Below are positions 19,324-28,678 of a stretch of DNA of 49,402 nucleotides, one piece after another. The notes beneath the pieces were generated by a model that saw nothing but the letters and a program-made list of their open reading frames with translations, did not search any database and was not told the origin of the DNA. The translations under genes and the position numbers were made by a program. The stretch lies in assembly GCA_964372275.1 (NCBI GenBank), contig CAYJRR010000015.1, positions 1-49,402 on the forward strand, read 5' to 3'. This DNA is from an uncultured bacterium (lineage in GTDB: Bacteria; CAYJRR01). Position 1 is the stretch's first letter; each line of letters starts with the position of its first letter.

Positions 19324-19560
19324 CTACCGGCGGAGGAGGCGGTGGACGTAGACGGTCGCGCCGTCTCTCCGCGTCGTCCGCTGCGAGACGACCTCCACGC
19401 GCCGGTCGACGGCGGCCCAGGCCTTCATCTCGGCGATCGAAGCCGGATCGGTGGCGAGGACCTCGAGGCGTGCGCCCCGACGGAGCGTCGCCAACCGTTG
19501 CGAGGCGCGGAGGACCGGCAACGGACAGAGCAGGCCGCGGAGGTCGAGCCGTTCGGTCAT
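19324..19560 (-). CDS. tusA: TusA/SirA family sulfur carrier
   Basis: LDLRGLLCPLPVL (CPxP), LEVLATDP; 78 aa. Confidence 0.88.
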   Translation of the reverse strand: MTERLDLRGLLCPLPVLRASQRLATLRRGARLEVLATDPASIAEMKAWAAVDRRVEVVSQRTTRRDGATVYVHRLLRR

Positions 19561-20099
19561 ACGAAGAGCGTGACGCGCGCCCCGGAGGCGTCGGCGAGGA
19601 AGGTGGCGACCCCGCCGACCTCGACGCCGTCGAGGAGCTCGTCGGCCGACAGCCCGAGCACCTCCATCGACATGCCGCACGCCACCAGGCGCACGCCGGC
19701 GCCCCGCGCCTCCTCCAGGAGCGCTTCCGGCGTCGCCACGCCGCGCGACCGCATGCGCGCGCGCAGCAGCCGGCCGCCGGCGCCGCCGAAGTTCAGACGG
19801 GACAGGCCCATCGCTCCGAGACCCGAGGGCACGAGTCGCGCGAAGGCGCGGCCGACCGGATCGCGACGCGCGCCGCGACCGGCGGCCGACCGCCGGCCGC
19901 GGGTCCGGCGCCCGTTCCCCGCCCGCCGTACCGCCGCCAGTCCCCAGAAGGTGAAGAAGAGCGACGCCGGCATCCCCATCGCCGCGGCGCCGGTCGCGAT
20001 CACCAGCGCCGCGGTCAGCCGGTCGAGGTCGCCGCTGAAGACGACGATCGTCACGCCGCCGCGGCGGCCATTGCCGGCCGATCTGCGTCGAGAGGCCAT
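19557..20099 (-). CDS. DsrE/DsrF/DsrH-like (DsrE2-type) sulfurtransferase
   Basis: IVVFSGDLDR, ATGAAAMG, FFTFWGL, ACGMSMEVLG, GGVATFL. Confidence 0.9.
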   Translation of the reverse strand: MASRRRSAGNGRRGGVTIVVFSGDLDRLTAALVIATGAAAMGMPASLFFTFWGLAAVRRAGNGRRTRGRRSAAGRGARRDPVGRAFARLVPSGLGAMGLSRLNFGGAGGRLLRARMRSRGVATPEALLEEARGAGVRLVACGMSMEVLGLSADELLDGVEVGGVATFLADASGARVTLFV

Positions 20100-20152
20100 C
20101 GACGGCGAAGATACTTGACGATCGAAGGCCCCCTCTACGAAAACCGCGCCCG

Positions 20153-21139
20153 TTGCGCGCCCGCCTCCCCGGCCTCCTCCTTTCCACGATCCTGGGGCTC
20201 GCCGCCTTCCTGGTGTCGCGGGCGACGCCGACCTTCTCCCCGCTGCTCTGGGCGATCCTGATCGGGGCGGTTCTCGGGAACGTTCGGCCGGACGCGCTTC
20301 CCTGGGAACGGCTGCAGCCGGGGATCGCCTTCTCGGGAAAACCGCTCCTCCGGCTGGCGGTCGGTCTCCTCGGAATCCGTCTCGGACTGGGACAGATCGT
20401 GGCGGTGGGGGCGGCCGGCGCCGGCATCGTGGCGCTGGCGGTGGTCGGCTCGTTCGCGATCACCGTCTGGGCGGCGGCGAGGATCGGGCTGAGCCGGACG
20501 CTCGCCTGCACGCTCGGGGCGGGGACCTCGATCTGCGGCGCAGCCGCCTGCGTCGCCGCGGGCGGGGTGGTCGAGGCCAGCGAGGAGGAGACGGCGGTCG
20601 CGCTCGCGACGGTCACCCTTCTCGGCACGATCGCGATCTTCGTCTATCCGGCCGTCGGGCGTTCGCTGGCGCTCGATCCCCGAGCCTTCGGGCTGTGGGC
20701 CGGGGCCTCGATCCACGAGGTCGCGCAGGTGGTCGCCGCCGCATCGGCGTACGCCGCCGCGACCGGGACGGAGGTGGTCGAGACCGCGACGGTGGTGAAG
20801 CTGGGGCGCGTCCTCCTCCTGGCGCCGGTGACCGTGCTGCTCGCCTTCACCTTCCGCCGCGAGCGCGGAGGCCTTCGCGCGCCGGTCGTCCCGTGGTTCG
20901 TCGTCCTGTTCGTCGCGATGATCGCCGTCAAGTCGACGGGCACGCTTCCCGAGTCGGTGTCGCGGAGCCTGGTGACCCTCGACGCGCTGCTCCTCTCGAT
21001 CGCCATGGCGGCGCTCGGTCTCGACCTGCGTCTGTCGCGCCTGCGCGCCGCGGGCTTGAGGCCGGTCTACGCCGGCGCCGCCGGTTGGCTCGCCACGTCG
21101 GTCGCGGTTCTGGCCGCCGCCGCCGGCCTCTACGGCTGA
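20153..21139 (+). CDS. YeiH/UPF0324 putative sulfate exporter family protein
   Basis: GAGTSICGAAA, WAGASIHEVAQVVAA, KLGRVLLLAP, VVPWFV, AMAALGL. Confidence 0.9.
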   Translation: MRARLPGLLLSTILGLAAFLVSRATPTFSPLLWAILIGAVLGNVRPDALPWERLQPGIAFSGKPLLRLAVGLLGIRLGLGQIVAVGAAGAGIVALAVVGSFAITVWAAARIGLSRTLACTLGAGTSICGAAACVAAGGVVEASEEETAVALATVTLLGTIAIFVYPAVGRSLALDPRAFGLWAGASIHEVAQVVAAASAYAAATGTEVVETATVVKLGRVLLLAPVTVLLAFTFRRERGGLRAPVVPWFVVLFVAMIAVKSTGTLPESVSRSLVTLDALLLSIAMAALGLDLRLSRLRAAGLRPVYAGAAGWLATSVAVLAAAAGLYG

Positions 21140-21690
21140 CTCGTCCCCAGAAGCAGGCTGGCCGCGGCGGCGAGGAGGAGCGCCACCGCGAGCGCCCAGG
21201 CGTTCGGACCGGTCTCGAGCGTCGCCGCATCGGCGCGTCCGAGCAGACCGACCCGGGCGATGCGCGAGGCGAATCCCGGCACGCTCCAGGGGGCGGCCGG
21301 CAGGCGTGGCGTCGCCGACGACGGCGACCGCCCGATCCCCCCCGACTCGACCAGCCTGCGCAGCGCGAGACGATCGTCGGGCGACATCATCAGGAAGGCG
21401 ATGCCGATCCCCGGCGCCGTCCCGACCGGGAGATCCGGACCGAACGGCCGGCGCCAGGCGACGCGCGCGGCGGCGACCGCGCCGAAGCCGCCCGGCCGCG
21501 TCGGAAAGTGCAGGCGGACGAGCTCCCCCTCGGCAAAGGGGAGCACCGTTTCGAGGAACAGGCCGCGCTCCGAGAGGTTGGATGCCCGCAGGTCGAGCGC
21601 CTGTCTCGTCGACGTCCGCGTCACGCGCACCGGCACGTCGAACGGAACGCGCGAAAAGATGCGCGTCTGGGTCTCGGCGGGAAGGTGCAT
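21130..21690 (-). CDS. PilZ-domain protein with C-terminal TM helix
   Basis: RIFSR (RxxxR) and NLSERG (D/NxSxxG), VAWRR, GIGIAF. Confidence 0.82.
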   Translation of the reverse strand: MHLPAETQTRIFSRVPFDVPVRVTRTSTRQALDLRASNLSERGLFLETVLPFAEGELVRLHFPTRPGGFGAVAAARVAWRRPFGPDLPVGTAPGIGIAFLMMSPDDRLALRRLVESGGIGRSPSSATPRLPAAPWSVPGFASRIARVGLLGRADAATLETGPNAWALAVALLLAAAASLLLGTSQP

Positions 21691-21736
21691 CGAATCGCTC
21701 GGGGAAGCACCTAGGCACCTCCCGCCCGGCCGCAAG

Positions 21737-22315
21737 ATGTCCATCTCACCGGAGGCGGTGGACCCTCGAAGCGTTTCACACTCGATCGTGGCGGCATCGG
21801 CGCTCGCAGCGATCGCGTTCGCCTGCCACCGCCCGCGTCCGGTCCTCCCCCGCCCCCCCCCGCCGATCGCCCGCCCGACACCGGAGGTGGAGGGCCGCGA
21901 GGTCGGCGAGGCCGAGATCGAGGCGTTCCTCGGCGCCTGGAGCGCCTTCGACCGGGCGATGCGCACCCTTCCCGCTTCGGTTCGGCGCGACGAGACGGTG
22001 GCGGCCGCGCTCGTGGCGGAGGGGGTCGATCCCGGGCGTTTCCTTCGGCTGCACGCCCGCGTGGCGGCCGCCTGGGCGGGTTGGATCGAGCAGCGCGCGC
22101 ACGAGCGGACGGCAGCCGCCCTTCGGGACGCCCTCGAAGCGCTCGACCGGGCCGCCCCGGGCGATCCGGTGGCCGCCGAGACGGCGGCGCGGCTCCGGGG
22201 CGCGAGCCATCCGCCGGCGACCGATCCGGCGCCCCCCTCCCCGGCGACCGCCGAGGCGCTTCGGCGCCATCGCGAGGCGCTGGAGCGGATCTTCGGCAAA
22301 AGCCCCGGATCCTAG
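21737..22315 (+). CDS. Hypothetical lipoprotein
   Basis: ALAAIAFAC lipobox, Pro linker, helical domain; start uncertain. Confidence 0.55.
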   Translation: MSISPEAVDPRSVSHSIVAASALAAIAFACHRPRPVLPRPPPPIARPTPEVEGREVGEAEIEAFLGAWSAFDRAMRTLPASVRRDETVAAALVAEGVDPGRFLRLHARVAAAWAGWIEQRAHERTAAALRDALEALDRAAPGDPVAAETAARLRGASHPPATDPAPPSPATAEALRRHREALERIFGKSPGS

Positions 22316-23217
22316 GAGCCGGCCATGCGCTGGCGGAAGCGGTCGGCGAGACGGACACCCCCCGACCGGTACTTCGAGAGCAGCGCCTCGAGATCCTTGA
22401 CCCGCGCCTTGGCGGGCGGATGCGTCGACAGCGCGCGTTTCCCGTCCTTCTTCGCCTCCTCCGCCGCCTCGAGTCGCTTCAGGTAGTCGCGGAGTCCGCC
22501 GGCCTCGTAGCCGAGGCGATGGGCGTAGTCGGTGCCGATGCGATCGGCATCGGCCTCCTTCCCCTTGTCGAGCCCCTTCTCGAACAGGACCTTCGACGTT
22601 TCGTTCACCAGCTCGTCGAACGCCTTGGGGTTCTTGTCGAGGTAGGCGGCCGTGACCTCCGCCGTGCCGGCGATGATCTTCGAGCGGCGGATCACCGCGA
22701 GCGCGTGCTTCTCGGTGACGTGCGCGATCTCGTGCCCCAGCACGCCGGCCAGTTCCGCCTCATCCTTGAGCTGGTCGAGGAGACCGCGCGTGAGGAAGAT
22801 GTACCCCCCCGGACAGGCGAAGGCGTTCGGCTCCTTCGACGCGAGGACGCCGAAGTAGTAGGGGATGGAGGCGCGGTCGGAGTAGGACGCGACGGCCAAT
22901 CCGACGGTGCGGACGTAGCGTTGGGCGTTCTCGTCCTTGTCGAGCCCGCCGAAGCGCGAGACGGCCATCAGCGCCACCGCGCCTCCGATCGACTTCTCCT
23001 CCTCGAAACCGATCGGCTTCAGCGCATTGGTCAGGTTGTCGGACGCGCCGATGGCGTCGGCCGTCTTCTCGTCGACGACGCCGATCGCATGCAACCCGCC
23101 GCCGACGATCTTGCCGGCGCCGCAGGCCGACACCAGAAACGACAGCGCCACCAACGCGGATGCGCGGCGGGGGGGGATTGGGGGGGTTCCCCCCGGGAGC
23201 GCGGATGCGCGGATCAT
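22312..23217 (-). CDS. M48 family metalloprotease lipoprotein
   Basis: VSAC lipobox, PNAFACPGG, GHEIAH, EADAD, STHPP. Confidence 0.92.
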   Translation of the reverse strand: MIRASALPGGTPPIPPRRASALVALSFLVSACGAGKIVGGGLHAIGVVDEKTADAIGASDNLTNALKPIGFEEEKSIGGAVALMAVSRFGGLDKDENAQRYVRTVGLAVASYSDRASIPYYFGVLASKEPNAFACPGGYIFLTRGLLDQLKDEAELAGVLGHEIAHVTEKHALAVIRRSKIIAGTAEVTAAYLDKNPKAFDELVNETSKVLFEKGLDKGKEADADRIGTDYAHRLGYEAGGLRDYLKRLEAAEEAKKDGKRALSTHPPAKARVKDLEALLSKYRSGGVRLADRFRQRMAGS

Positions 23218-23720
23218 TCCATGTACTCCCCGAGCTTGCCGTCCTTGAGGAACGCGGCCAGCTCGTCCGAGGGGACCTTCTCCTTTTCGATCCGCTTCAC
23301 CGCCTCGACGTCGGCGGCGGAGATCTTCGACCGGGTCGCGTACTTCTCGGCCGTGGGGGACAGTCCGCGAAGCGCCTGCGCGGTGTCCGACTCCGAGGCG
23401 CTCGCGACCACCTTTCCGCCGAGCCGTTCCTTGTCCGGCTTGTCCTTTCCGAGCTTGGCGGCGAAGACGAACCCGGTCTTGTCGGCGACCTTCACCTGGA
23501 CCCAGTTCCCCTGCTTGGAGACGACGTCGACCTTGGTGCCGATGTCGAGACGGGCGGTGATCGCGCCTCCGGGGTTGGCGGCGGCGCGCAGCTCGGTGGC
23601 GGCGGCGCGCACGTAGAGCGTCTCACCGGCCCCCGCGTTCCCGGTGACCAGGAGCGCGCACGCCACCAGCAGGAGACCGGCAAGCCGGCGGCTTCGCGTC
23701 CCTTGGACGATCGGCTTCAT
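23214..23720 (-). CDS. Exported SH3-domain protein
   Basis: Signal peptide; LRAAANPGG...KVDVVSKQGNWVQV...GFV SH3b pattern; ATGA overlap with the M48 gene. Confidence 0.8.
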   Translation of the reverse strand: MKPIVQGTRSRRLAGLLLVACALLVTGNAGAGETLYVRAAATELRAAANPGGAITARLDIGTKVDVVSKQGNWVQVKVADKTGFVFAAKLGKDKPDKERLGGKVVASASESDTAQALRGLSPTAEKYATRSKISAADVEAVKRIEKEKVPSDELAAFLKDGKLGEYME

Positions 23721-23852
23721 GAGGTCGAACCTTAACGCGAACGACCGCCGCCGTCGAGGCGCCGCGGTCGTCGACCGCCACGAGCACGCGTTCATCGGCT
23801 CGACAAGACGGATCCGACACCGGGACTATTCGATCGGCCCCCCGCCCGTCGG

Positions 23853-24524
23853 TCACAGGACGATGGCGTCGAGCCCCGGGACACGGGCCGGGTGGCGGCG
23901 GTCGACGACGGGGAAGACGACGACGGGGACGTCCTCCAGCAGCCGGGCGAGGACGGCGGGATTGGTCTCGGCGGCGACGTCCCCGACCCTCGGGGCGACC
24001 GCGGCATCGCCGACCGAGAGGACGACCGCCGTCACCTTGACCTTGGCGGCGCGAAGTCGATCGACGCTCAGGCGGGAGTGGTTGAGCGTCCCGAGGCCCA
24101 GACGGCCCACCAGCAGGGCGGGCAGACCGGACCTCGCCACCAGGTCGATCCCGTCGAACCCTTCCGCGTAGGGGGCGAGAAGCCCCCCCGCCGCCTCGGC
24201 GATCACCCGATCACGGCCGCGCCCGGCTGCGGCGACGGCGGCCAGCAGCCGGTCGGGCTCGATCCGTTCGCCGGCGCGCTCGGCGGCGACCATCGGCGAC
24301 AACGGCTCGCGCAGGCGCACGGGGCAGATCTCCTCGATCGGACGCGCGTCGCCGGCCGCCTCGGCGAGCGCCCGCGCGTCGGCGGGATCCGGCGCGCACC
24401 CGGTCTCGGCCGGCTTCACCGCCCCGACGGTGAGGCCGCGCGATCGCCACACCTTCGCGACGTAGCAGCCGACGACCGTCTTGCCGACGCCGGTGTCGGT
24501 TCCGACGACGAAGATCCCCTTCAT
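23853..24524 (-). CDS. bioD: Dethiobiotin synthase
   Basis: IFVVGTDTGVGKT, KPAETG, EAAGGLLAP, LGTLNH. Confidence 0.95.
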   Translation of the reverse strand: MKGIFVVGTDTGVGKTVVGCYVAKVWRSRGLTVGAVKPAETGCAPDPADARALAEAAGDARPIEEICPVRLREPLSPMVAAERAGERIEPDRLLAAVAAAGRGRDRVIAEAAGGLLAPYAEGFDGIDLVARSGLPALLVGRLGLGTLNHSRLSVDRLRAAKVKVTAVVLSVGDAAVAPRVGDVAAETNPAVLARLLEDVPVVVFPVVDRRHPARVPGLDAIVL

Positions 24525-25777
24525 GCCGGACGCTCCTCCAGCGCCTTCGCCGCCAGGAGCGCGAATCGACCGCCGCCGCGCACCTCCGACGCGCGACGGA
24601 AGAGGTCGCGACGCCTCTCCGACTCCCCCGCCGCCGACGCCACCTCTCCGAGGTGGTAGAGGGTCTCCGCCAGCACCCGGCGGTTCTCGCGTCCGTCGGC
24701 GCTGCGCGCGAGCGCCTCCTCCAGCCGCGTCGACGCCTGCGCGTATTCCCGTCGCGCGATCAGCACCAGGGCCATCGCATTCAATCCCTGGGGCCCGTCC
24801 TCGATCTCCACGCAGCGGAGCGCCGTCTCGAGCGCCCGTGTCCGGTCGCCGTCCGTCCCGCGGCGCGCCAGCGCCTCGGCGAGATCGCGGAGGAGCGGAA
24901 AGCGCGAACGCTCGGGGACCTGGTCGAGGGCAAGGCCGTCGAGAAACCGGATCGCTTCGTCGTCGCGGCCCGAACCGACCAGGAGCGCGGAGCGGTTGAT
25001 GTCGTAGGCGACGCGGAACTCCGCCGGAAGGGCGCCGGCATCGATCCGCGTGAGACGCCGTTCGGCCGCGTCGTAGTCCCCTTTCGCCAGGTAGGCGGAC
25101 GCGACGTTGAGGTCGACCACGATCCCCATCTCCACCCGGCCGGTGTGCGCGGCGCGGTCGATCCGGTCGAAGGTGGCGATCGCTTCGTCGTATTCGCCGC
25201 GCATCACGTGGAGCGCGCCCAGCGAGAGCAGCAGGGTGTCGCGCCGCGCGGGATCGGTCTCCTCCGTCGTCCGCTCCTCGATCAGCTTCGCCAACGACTC
25301 GTGGTCCTTGAGCTCCAGCGCCCGCCGGATCCGCGTCGCTCCCGGCGCCGGCCGGAGCACGTCGCGCAACGACCCGAAGAACCGCCGGCGGTAGAGGAAG
25401 ACGCCGGCCGCGATCACCGCGAGCAGCATCGCCGTCGAGGTGACGAACGACGAGCCGGTCCGCGCGGCGGCGAAGAGCGTGATCACGAACGCCAGGGCGA
25501 AGGCGACCCGCCACGGATTGGCGGCGTCGTCCCGGCGCTCGTCGAGCGCGGCGTCGGCGGCCGGGAGCCGGGTCATCGTCACCGCCGCGTCCGCCGCGAA
25601 CAGCGACGCGCCGAACAGGAAGAGCCAGACGACGTACTGCGTGTCGGGCGGGAAGACGCGGGAGGAGGTCGAGCCGACGACGATCAGGAGCGCCGCGAGC
25701 GTCAGCGAGGTCAGCCCCTGGCGGAGGCGTGGATCGCGGTCCGTCCGCCGCGGAACGTTCGGGCGGGGCTCCGTCAC
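24521..25777 (-). CDS. Membrane protein (about 4 TM) with C-terminal TPR repeats
   Basis: Four hydrophobic segments then TPR-like LGALHVMRGEYDEAI and VASAYLAKGDYDAAE; overlaps the bioA stop and bioD start. Confidence 0.8.
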   Translation of the reverse strand: MTEPRPNVPRRTDRDPRLRQGLTSLTLAALLIVVGSTSSRVFPPDTQYVVWLFLFGASLFAADAAVTMTRLPAADAALDERRDDAANPWRVAFALAFVITLFAAARTGSSFVTSTAMLLAVIAAGVFLYRRRFFGSLRDVLRPAPGATRIRRALELKDHESLAKLIEERTTEETDPARRDTLLLSLGALHVMRGEYDEAIATFDRIDRAAHTGRVEMGIVVDLNVASAYLAKGDYDAAERRLTRIDAGALPAEFRVAYDINRSALLVGSGRDDEAIRFLDGLALDQVPERSRFPLLRDLAEALARRGTDGDRTRALETALRCVEIEDGPQGLNAMALVLIARREYAQASTRLEEALARSADGRENRRVLAETLYHLGEVASAAGESERRRDLFRRASEVRGGGRFALLAAKALEERPA

Positions 25778-27180
25778 GCCCCCCCCGACGTGGCGCGGTC
25801 GATCCCGTGTGCCGCCGCGTCGACCAGGCGCTCGATCTCGTCGTCGGCGATCGACAACGGCGGGTTGAGCACCACCACGTTCCCGAGCGGACGGAGCAGG
25901 ACCCCTCGCTCCCGCGCGGCCATGCAGGCGCGCGCGCCGATCCGTCGGGCCCACGGATACTCGGGTGGAACCTCCCCCCTCGGTCTGCGCTCCGGCACCA
26001 GTTCGATCCCGACCAGGAATCCGAGCTGCCGCACCTCTGCCACGTGCGGATGGTCCGCGAGGCCGGAGAGCCTCCGCGCGAGGAGGTCCACCTTCCCGCG
26101 GCTCCGCTCGAGGATGCGCTCCGACTCGAACAGGGCGAGGGAAGCGATCGCCACCGCCGCCGCCAGCGGATTCCCGGTGAAGGTGTGGCCGTGGAAGAAG
26201 GTGCGGCGATCCTCGTGCGTCCCCAGGAAGGCCTCGTACACCGCCTCGGTGCAAAGGGTCGCGGCGAGCGGGAGGTAGCCCCCGGAGATCCCCTTCGCCA
26301 GGCACAACAGATCGGGTACGACGCCGGCGGAGTCGACGGCCCACATCGGTCCGGTGCGGCCGAAGCCGGTCGCGACCTCGTCGGCGATCAGCAGCGCCCC
26401 GTGCCGATCGCACAGCTCGCGCAGGCGGACCAGGTAGGACGGGGGGGAGACGAGGATCCCGCCGGCCCCCTGCACGCGCGGCTCGACCACCAGCGCGGCG
26501 ATCTCGTCGCCGTGGCGCTCGAACAGGCGCTCCATCGCCCGCAAGCAGCCCTCCAGGCAGCGCTCCGGCGGCTCGCCGCACGGTGGCCGCAGCGGGTAGG
26601 GGTTCGGCGCCTCCAGCGCCTCGAACAGGAGCGGACGGAAGGCCGCGTGGAACAGGTCGATCCCTCCGATCGAGACCGCCCCGAGCGTATCGCCGTGGTA
26701 GCCGTCCTTCAGCCGCACGAAGCGCCGCCTCTCCGGCCGGCCGCGGAGCTGCCAGTAGCGGAACGCCATCTTCACCGCCACCTCGACCGCGGTCGAGCCG
26801 TTGTCCGAGTAGAAGACGCGCGTGAGGCGGCGCGCGCCGTCCGTTCCCGCACGTGCCCCCCCGCGCGGCGCGGCGTCCACCAGCCGTTTCGCCAGCTCGA
26901 TCGCCGGCACGTTCGACAGCCCGAGCAGCGTCGAGTGGGCGATGCGCCCCGCCTGCCGAGTTAACGCCTCGTCGAGCTCGCGCTTGCGGTGGCCGTGGAC
27001 GTTGGTCCAGATCGAGCCGACACCGTCGAGCCAGCGCCGGCCCTGGGTGTCGACCAGGGTGCAGCCCTCCCCCGACTCGATCACCACCGGGTCGGCCGAC
27101 TCCCAGTCCCGCATCTGGGTGAACGGGTGCCAGAGGTGGCGGCGGTCCCAGGCGGATAGCTCGGCGGCGGTCGGCGCCAT
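25774..27180 (-). CDS. bioA: Adenosylmethionine-8-amino-7-oxononanoate aminotransferase
   Basis: HLWHPFTQM, YSDNGSTAVEVAVKMA, YHGDT, ADEVATGFGRTG, AKG, HGHTFTGNP. Confidence 0.97.
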   Translation of the reverse strand: MAPTAAELSAWDRRHLWHPFTQMRDWESADPVVIESGEGCTLVDTQGRRWLDGVGSIWTNVHGHRKRELDEALTRQAGRIAHSTLLGLSNVPAIELAKRLVDAAPRGGARAGTDGARRLTRVFYSDNGSTAVEVAVKMAFRYWQLRGRPERRRFVRLKDGYHGDTLGAVSIGGIDLFHAAFRPLLFEALEAPNPYPLRPPCGEPPERCLEGCLRAMERLFERHGDEIAALVVEPRVQGAGGILVSPPSYLVRLRELCDRHGALLIADEVATGFGRTGPMWAVDSAGVVPDLLCLAKGISGGYLPLAATLCTEAVYEAFLGTHEDRRTFFHGHTFTGNPLAAAVAIASLALFESERILERSRGKVDLLARRLSGLADHPHVAEVRQLGFLVGIELVPERRPRGEVPPEYPWARRIGARACMAARERGVLLRPLGNVVVLNPPLSIADDEIERLVDAAAHGIDRATSGGA

Positions 27181-27207
27181 GACCGCCTCGACGCTACATC
27201 GCCGCGG

Positions 27208-28569
27208 TCAGAACTTCACCTGCAACGCCGCCGTGAGCACACCGTGCATCTTGTCTTCGAAGGTGGTGACCCCGCTGGGGTTTTCGATCCCGGCCACCAG
27301 CCCCTTGCGAAAGGTGTAGGCCAAGCGCCCGAGCGCGCGGCGCTTCACGATGCGGAAGTTCAGACCAACGGTGGCGCCGCTGGTCCAGTCGGGGACCCCG
27401 AGCGGGTTCTTGAAGTCCTTCCCCTGGGAGAGCTCCCGGTAATCGCCGCGGAGATACGGCGTGTAGGCCCCCCCCTTCGCCTCGTAGCCGGCCATGGCGT
27501 AGGTGGAGATGCTGGTCGCCGTCCCGCGGCCGACCTGCGGAACGAGGATGTCCTGCGGATCGCCGACGAAGGTCGTCTTGGCGAAGGTCGTCTCGTTCGC
27601 GAAGACGTAGGGGCCGAACCTCGCCTCGACGTCGTAGGAGGTGCGGGTGAAGTAGGTCCGCTGCTCGTGGATCTCCACGTATTGCTGGAAGTCCTCCGAG
27701 ACGCCGAACAGCCGGGAGCGGTCCTCCCCGCTGATCACGGTCGCTCCGACGCGCAGCTTGTAATTGTCCCTGTCGAGGAAGGACGCAACCCGGCCGAGGG
27801 CGTCCTTGCCGTTGTCGACGTCGATCCGGTTCCCGCCGAGCCCGTTGGTCGCCCCGAACGAATAGTCGAGCGGGCCGGCCTGCGCTTCGAAAAGAACGCC
27901 GAGGTCGCGTACGTCGTTCCCGGCCAGGAGAGCGGCGTTCAACGATCGGTCGAGCGGCATCAGGTTCCGCTCGTCGGTCCGCGCCTCGTAGCCGGCGGGG
28001 CGGAGGAACTGGCCCGCCTTGACCCGCATGAACGTCGAGAAGTCCCACACTACGTACGCGTCACGGAGCGCGGCCACGGTGCGGGGCTGCGCGCCGAGGG
28101 TGGGGATCAGGTCGGTCAGCTCGATCGAGGCGTGGTAGCGGAGGAGCTTGTGGGCCTTTCCGTCCAGCTCGATCCGCGCGAACTGCGTCGAGAACGTGTT
28201 GGCCGACTTGTAGGTGCCGGCGCCGTCGGCGATGTCGTAGCGGGTGGTGATCCACCCGGAGAGCGTGGGGCCCTCGACCCCCGATCCCTCCTCCGGGTCC
28301 GGCCCCTCCGACTCGGGCCCCAGGATCGGCTCGTCGGCCGTGCGGTCCCCCTCCTCCGGCTCGGCCGGCGTGGCGGTGGGGCTGGCGACCGGCTCTGCGG
28401 TCGCGGTCGGCGTCGCCTCGGGCGCCGGCGTCGCCTCGGGTGGCGGCGCTTCGCTCGCGCCCGGCACCGGCGTGGGCGTCGGGGACGCGCTCGCGGATTG
28501 CGCGTGGGCGGGGCCGGCGGTCAGAAGCAGGCTTCCGCACAAGACGGCGTGCACCAATCGGACGGACAT
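27208..28569 (-). CDS. OprO/OprP-like porin with Pro/Thr/Glu-rich N-terminal linker
   Basis: Signal peptide (AHA), LRDAYV, KAGQF, RDLGV, NGLG...DNGKD, terminal LQVKF. Confidence 0.8.
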   Translation of the reverse strand: MSVRLVHAVLCGSLLLTAGPAHAQSASASPTPTPVPGASEAPPPEATPAPEATPTATAEPVASPTATPAEPEEGDRTADEPILGPESEGPDPEEGSGVEGPTLSGWITTRYDIADGAGTYKSANTFSTQFARIELDGKAHKLLRYHASIELTDLIPTLGAQPRTVAALRDAYVVWDFSTFMRVKAGQFLRPAGYEARTDERNLMPLDRSLNAALLAGNDVRDLGVLFEAQAGPLDYSFGATNGLGGNRIDVDNGKDALGRVASFLDRDNYKLRVGATVISGEDRSRLFGVSEDFQQYVEIHEQRTYFTRTSYDVEARFGPYVFANETTFAKTTFVGDPQDILVPQVGRGTATSISTYAMAGYEAKGGAYTPYLRGDYRELSQGKDFKNPLGVPDWTSGATVGLNFRIVKRRALGRLAYTFRKGLVAGIENPSGVTTFEDKMHGVLTAALQVKF

Positions 28570-28678
28570 GAAGACTCTCCTCGAATGCAATGCGCGGATG
28601 GATGCCGCGGCTGCGCGACCGGACCCTACCCAATCGGGCGCCCGTTCGTCGAGGGGGGAGATCCCCGGGACTCCACCG

